A stretch of 63,826 bases of DNA, the filler included, from Stramenopiles sp. TOSAG23-2 (lineage: Eukaryota), in the NCBI GenBank assembly GCA_900128395.1. It is 7 parts of 7 records of this genome, joined end to end, with 100 filler letters (N's around TTAATTAATTAA, not from the genome) between each part and the next. Parts side by side here need not be neighbours in the genome. Positions count along the whole stretch, not along the records: positions 51,133 to 61,233 come from LT650045.1; positions 61,334 to 63,826 come from LT650183.1; 5 more parts are not named here. The stretch is one strand, 5' to 3'. This document shows, one piece after another, positions 59,349-63,826 of the stretch (position 1 is the first letter of the stretch; each line of letters begins with the position of its first letter). The position numbers and the translations under genes are program-made. Below the pieces are notes generated by a model. That model did not search any database. It was not told where the DNA came from and was given only the letters and a program-made list of their open reading frames with translations.

Positions 59349-60778
59349 CTGCTGATGCTAAAATAGACACCGATGTAAATAGCAATCGTAGTCATAATAT
59401 TATTCAAAGTCCTATTCGTCATCGTCGTAGTATGAGCAGAAATAACAAACATAGAAGATCTTCTTTATTGTTGCGGGATCAATCCTTATCATCTACAATG
59501 TTTTCATCTACGACATCCCTATTGAATAGCGAAGATGAAAATAAGAACGAAAAGTGTCTTAAATATCAAATTGAATATTCAACAGATTCCAAAGCAAAAA
59601 CTGGATGGAAAAAATCAGAACATACAGGCCATAAAGGTCATGTAAAAATACGTGGTTTACGCCCAGCTATGTTATATTTTGCAAAAGCACGATCACAAAG
59701 TAAAGCCAAGCAATGGTCAAAATTTTCCAATGTTTTTTCTTTTATTACGCGAGATTACAACGAAAATGAAAATGTTCTAGTACGTGGAGAAGGTCCGTGG
59801 GAGAAAGATGAAGGATTTTATCCAGCAATAATATTAAAAGTCTTGAAGCCTGGTGAATATTACTCTATTCAACGTGAAGGTAGAGGTTTCAGGGAAGATG
59901 TCGTACATCGAGATTTTATTAAAGAAATTGCCATTCGTAAAAATTTACATGCATTTGGTCGTGTTGGTAGATTATTGGCAAGATCACGTTCTATTCATGT
60001 AGAAAAAGAAGATGTGGAAGAAACCATTGAAGTTCTAGAGTCAAAAAAAACTGTTCGTCCAGGTATACGTGGTGTTTGGTTGTATGGTACACATCAAAAT
60101 CACAAAACTTTGAAAAAAGATCGATTTGGTCGTGGACGTGATGGTAGATTATTAACACGTTCGCGTACAATGGCTGGTAGAAAAATTAATAAAGCAACTA
60201 CACAAATTGGTAAAAAAGCTAATCTACGTTCCATGTCGCAGAAAGACTTATTTCATCATAAACATGAAGAAACTAATAATTATTTATCTCTAAAAGGATT
60301 ACCACATGGCACTATTGTCCAATTATCAAAAGTTGATATACGTAACGATCGTACAAGAATGGATCGTGATCATGAAAAAGATGGTTTGGAAGAATCAAGA
60401 AAGAATTTACGTAAAAATGAACGTGGTGTTTTCTATAGAATGACCAGGCCAATACATTTATTACGAGAAATTCATCGAAAAAATAAAGCAAAGAAAAATA
60501 TAGAGACACGTAAGCGTGAAATGAATCATTCGTTAAAAACAAGAGGCAAAGAAAAACATGTACAAACAAACAAGAAATTGTATCGATATATTTCACCTAT
60601 TAAAGATCAAAGTGTTACGATGGTTGAAAATGAACGTATAAGATATGAAAACGAGGTAAATGAATGGAAGGAGAAGGAAACCATGGCTATGAGGGATGAA
60701 GAGGCTACGAAGAAACAATTTGAAATTGATTTGCATAAAACAAGACATAATAATGCAAGTATTAAATATTCGAAATAA
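57353..60778 (+). CDS. Intracellular fibronectin type III repeat protein with a Tudor/Agenet-like domain
   Basis: FN3 signatures LLPGQRYFFR, GLRANQTYFIRIRFRNNMGWS, LEWLPPRSDGG...DLKPNTVYQFRVTYRNERGIG, GLEDFEYYFFRVKARNKRGWS, GLRPAMLYFAKAR. Then VLVR...W...GFYPAIILKV...YYSI. No signal peptide or TM segment. Confidence 0.85.
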
Positions 60779-61233
60779 AAGAAATTAATTGGGATCAAAA
60801 ATGTTTATTTCCTTCCTCCGCTGATTTCTTTTCGTTTCTTGGTTTATCAGAGAGAAAAAAATAAAACAATCATCTTTGTTTGCAGAAAGTGGTGAGCTGG
60901 CAAAATCGAAATAAATGATATATAAACTAATTTTTTAATCAAAAAATATTTTCTTCTCTCAAGTACAAAAAATACCTAATCTGGCCTATCAAATATATCA
61001 AACACTACAAATCTACTGAGTATATGAAAAGGACTATATTAAGTATAAATATGATAGGAAATGAAAAACAGAAAACATGGCAGAAAAACACAATTTTCAA
61101 GTGTAAAATGTTGAAAGGCCTGTGTCCATGCTAATTTCTAGATGCTATTTCCATATATTAAAAAAACTTCATAGGAAAAATTATCATTACTATAGAAAAT
61201 AACAAAAAATCTCCATACTATAGCTTTAAGTAC

Positions 61234-61333
61234 NNNNNNNNNNNNNNNNNNNNNNNNNNNNNNNNNNNNNNNNNNNNTTAATTAATTAANNNNNNNNNNN
61301 NNNNNNNNNNNNNNNNNNNNNNNNNNNNNNNNN
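61234..61333. other. Artificial contig spacer
   Basis: 44 N + TTAATTAATTAA + 44 N. Confidence 0.99.
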
Positions 61334-62013
61334 TATGTAAAAAATGACATTTCCATCTAAAATATGATATTTTGTATGATTTCATATTTCATTGTATTTA
61401 TATGTTATTTTATGAAAAGGATGAAATTGTTAAAATGACGATGTAATTTTTACATGTATTTTGTGTTTTAAAAAATGGATATTTTTATAATTTAATGATT
61501 TCTATGAATTTTATACTTTATTTTAGTCATTTCGGTAAATTAATAATTTATTTAAGTACAAATTTTAATGTAAAAATTTGATGCCAGAAATTCTGCTATC
61601 CCTAATTTCTGAAAACAAGAAATGTCAAAATTATTTTGCCAATTGATAGGAAAAATGGTATACTAGTGGAGCCTAAGTTTAAAAAGGTATTTTCAATGTT
61701 TTTCCTTTGTTTTCATGTAATGAAATGAAAAATCCATCATCATAACAATGAAATATTAAAATTTAGGTTGAAAATGTTGATTTTAGTGAAATTTGATCGA
61801 AAATATGTGATAATTTTCCCAATAGTATGTAGTGTTATTCTCATCAATTCACAATTCACATCGAAAATATAAGACCAGGCCAGGCTTATTTACCACAAAC
61901 AAATCGGAAGAACAAAACAAAATAAAAATAAACAAATACAATTTCAAGATATATATATATATAAACAAAATAATATTGGATCAAAGATCAACACGATTAT
62001 TTTATCCCTCCCC

Positions 62014-62265
62014 CATATACCGTACATAGCTACATAATATACATGAAAAAAATGGCGGATGATAAACCAAAACGCATATCGCGGAATGTATATTTAACAT
62101 TATTAATGTGCGCCATATGGGGCCTTGCTGATAGTATATCATATACCGTACATAGCTACATAATATACATGAAAAAAATGGCGGATGATAAACCAAAACG
62201 CATATCGCGGAATGTATATTTAACATTATTAATGTGCGCCATATGGGGCCTTGCTGATAGTATAT
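62014..62265. repeat. Exact 126-bp tandem duplication spanning the MFS start codon
   Basis: 62014-62139 equals 62140-62265; includes 5' UTR sequence. Confidence 0.92.
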
Positions 62266-63761
62266 GGAATGGAACAATTTTAGCTGCATGGTTATATCTA
62301 TTATCAGATGATAAAAATGCTCCTGTTGGTTATGTGGAGGCAGCCTCTGGTTTAGCCGCATTGATTTTTGCATTGCCGTTGGGTTATTTAGCGGATAAGA
62401 TTGGAAGATCACCGGTCATAAAATTCGCTGGTTTATTATTTTTACTTGCAACTGTTTCAACAGCATATTCAGTTTTGTATCAACCAGTGAATGATTTTAC
62501 GTGGCTAACCTGTTCTATGATTCTATGGGGAATTGGTGGTGCAATATTCAACGGTCCTTCACAAGCACTATTTGCAGATTCTGTACCAACTGGTGAACGC
62601 TCAAAATGGTATTCCCGTCTATTCTCTTCATACTTAATACCTGGTATTGTTGGACCTATCATTTCTATTATTTTGTTTCATGTATATGGCAATAACTGGA
62701 CGTTTGAGGAGATGAAACCAATTTTTTTAACAGGATTGGCATGTGAATTGCCATGTGCATTTCTTGCATGTTTTTTTTCTGACAAAGATGTTGTTGCAGA
62801 TGATGAGCAAACAAATGATGAAGAGAAAGAAGAAGATGGTGAAAAGAATAATAAGAATGACGAAGATGATAAAGACGACAACAAGAAGGTTAAAGGTTTC
62901 TGTGGCTGCACACGTAAAGTGATCCCATATGTTATGTTTGCTTCTTCATTATTAACTGCATTTGGTAGTGGGATGACAATAAAATTTTTTCCATTATTTT
63001 TTAAAAATCAACTGATGATGGCACCAGCGAATGTCCAAGCGATTTACGTAGCAGTGCCAATTGCAATGACGTTATGTGTTCAATTATCTCAAATTGTTGG
63101 AAGTAAAATTGGTCGTATACAAACAATGTTGTTAGTTCGTATTATTGGCGTATCCTTGTTAATTTCTATGTCAGTATTAGTAAACAAAGGAATTACGATT
63201 TGGTATTATTGCGTACCAATTTATATAGTTCGAACTGCTATTATGAATTCAACCTATCCATTAGAGGAAAGTACAATAATGGACTTTGTACCGAAAGATA
63301 CACGTAGTCGATGGAAAAGTTTAGATTCGATCGCTGCTTTCGGTTGGTGCGGTAGTGCTGCTATTGGAGGTATATTGGCGGATAAATATAGCTATTCATT
63401 TACATTTTATATCACAGCTATTTTACAAGGTTTAGGTGGTGCAGTTTTAATTTTATTGTTGCCATTAGTACCAATCAATGAAAACTTCAAAAACGATGAT
63501 AATAATACTACAATTGCATCGGATGACAATAATAATAATAATAGTATTAATAGTGGAGGTGATTACGTTTTTTTAAAAGGTAGTAAATCACCATCATTAA
63601 ATAATAATAATAAATCACCTAGATCACCACGTATGAATGTTTACGAAAGATCATCCAGGAGGAATAACGAAAGAAAATTAAATCAAATATCTCGTGGTAG
63701 AAAATCTGGATCATTCGACGATAGTCATTACGAACCGTTGATTGGTGGTGATAGTGTGTAA
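62169..63761 (+). CDS. Major facilitator superfamily transporter (12 TM)
   Basis: Motif A GYLADKIGRS, ALFADSVPTGERS, an acidic central loop, second-half SKIGR, MDFVPKDTRSRW and GGILADKY. The extra 42 aa in the track ORF (62043) come from the 126-bp duplication. Confidence 0.92.
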   Translation: MKKMADDKPKRISRNVYLTLLMCAIWGLADSIWNGTILAAWLYLLSDDKNAPVGYVEAASGLAALIFALPLGYLADKIGRSPVIKFAGLLFLLATVSTAYSVLYQPVNDFTWLTCSMILWGIGGAIFNGPSQALFADSVPTGERSKWYSRLFSSYLIPGIVGPIISIILFHVYGNNWTFEEMKPIFLTGLACELPCAFLACFFSDKDVVADDEQTNDEEKEEDGEKNNKNDEDDKDDNKKVKGFCGCTRKVIPYVMFASSLLTAFGSGMTIKFFPLFFKNQLMMAPANVQAIYVAVPIAMTLCVQLSQIVGSKIGRIQTMLLVRIIGVSLLISMSVLVNKGITIWYYCVPIYIVRTAIMNSTYPLEESTIMDFVPKDTRSRWKSLDSIAAFGWCGSAAIGGILADKYSYSFTFYITAILQGLGGAVLILLLPLVPINENFKNDDNNTTIASDDNNNNNSINSGGDYVFLKGSKSPSLNNNNKSPRSPRMNVYERSSRRNNERKLNQISRGRKSGSFDDSHYEPLIGGDSV

Positions 63762-63826
63762 ATTGTATGATATCACATTGATATATTTGTTTCGTGTGTG
63801 CATTTTTACCAACAGTATTTCGAAGA

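Noticed and set aside
10145-61333. Regularly spaced TTAATTAATTAA motifs about every 10.2 kb
   Set aside because: They are embedded in N runs: artificial linkers between length-sorted contigs, not biology. Cross-contig gene clusters are therefore not inferred.

Overview
AT-rich, intron-poor eukaryotic (protist) nuclear DNA in the standard genetic code, with Asn/Ser/Thr homopolymer-rich proteins. A flagellated heterotroph such as a stramenopile is my inference, not proven. The window is not one locus. It is seven contigs joined by artificial 100-bp spacers (44 N + TTAATTAATTAA + 44 N) and ordered by decreasing length (10144, 10134, 10129, 10122, 10103, 10101 bp, then a partial one), so neighbourhood across spacers is meaningless. 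Recognisable genes: a five-repeat secreted Cys/helical protein, a kinase-less KA1+ARM-like protein, trehalose-6-P synthase with a degenerate phosphatase half, a signal-peptide small HSP, a 10-EF-hand protein, a large coiled-coil protein, a bacterial-type GT4 glycosyltransferase fused to a TLC-like membrane domain, a polycystin/TRPP channel, NPRL3, an ankyrin protein, Nup160, a truncated giant HERC-like RCC1 protein, a soluble class III cyclase-STAND NTPase ending in UVR-like hairpins and an SCP2 lipid-binding domain, an FN3+Tudor-like protein and an MFS transporter. Four GTAAGT...CTAAC...YAG introns can be placed exactly. The best candidates for novelty are the cyclase-STAND-SCP2 fusion (possibly a lipid-sensing cGMP producer), the GT4-TLC fusion, and a short dispersed repeat family in 3' intergenic regions. 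Eight exact or near-exact 45-168 bp tandem duplications are probably assembly artefacts and distort several ORFs. All domain calls are by eye from motifs; no searches were run.
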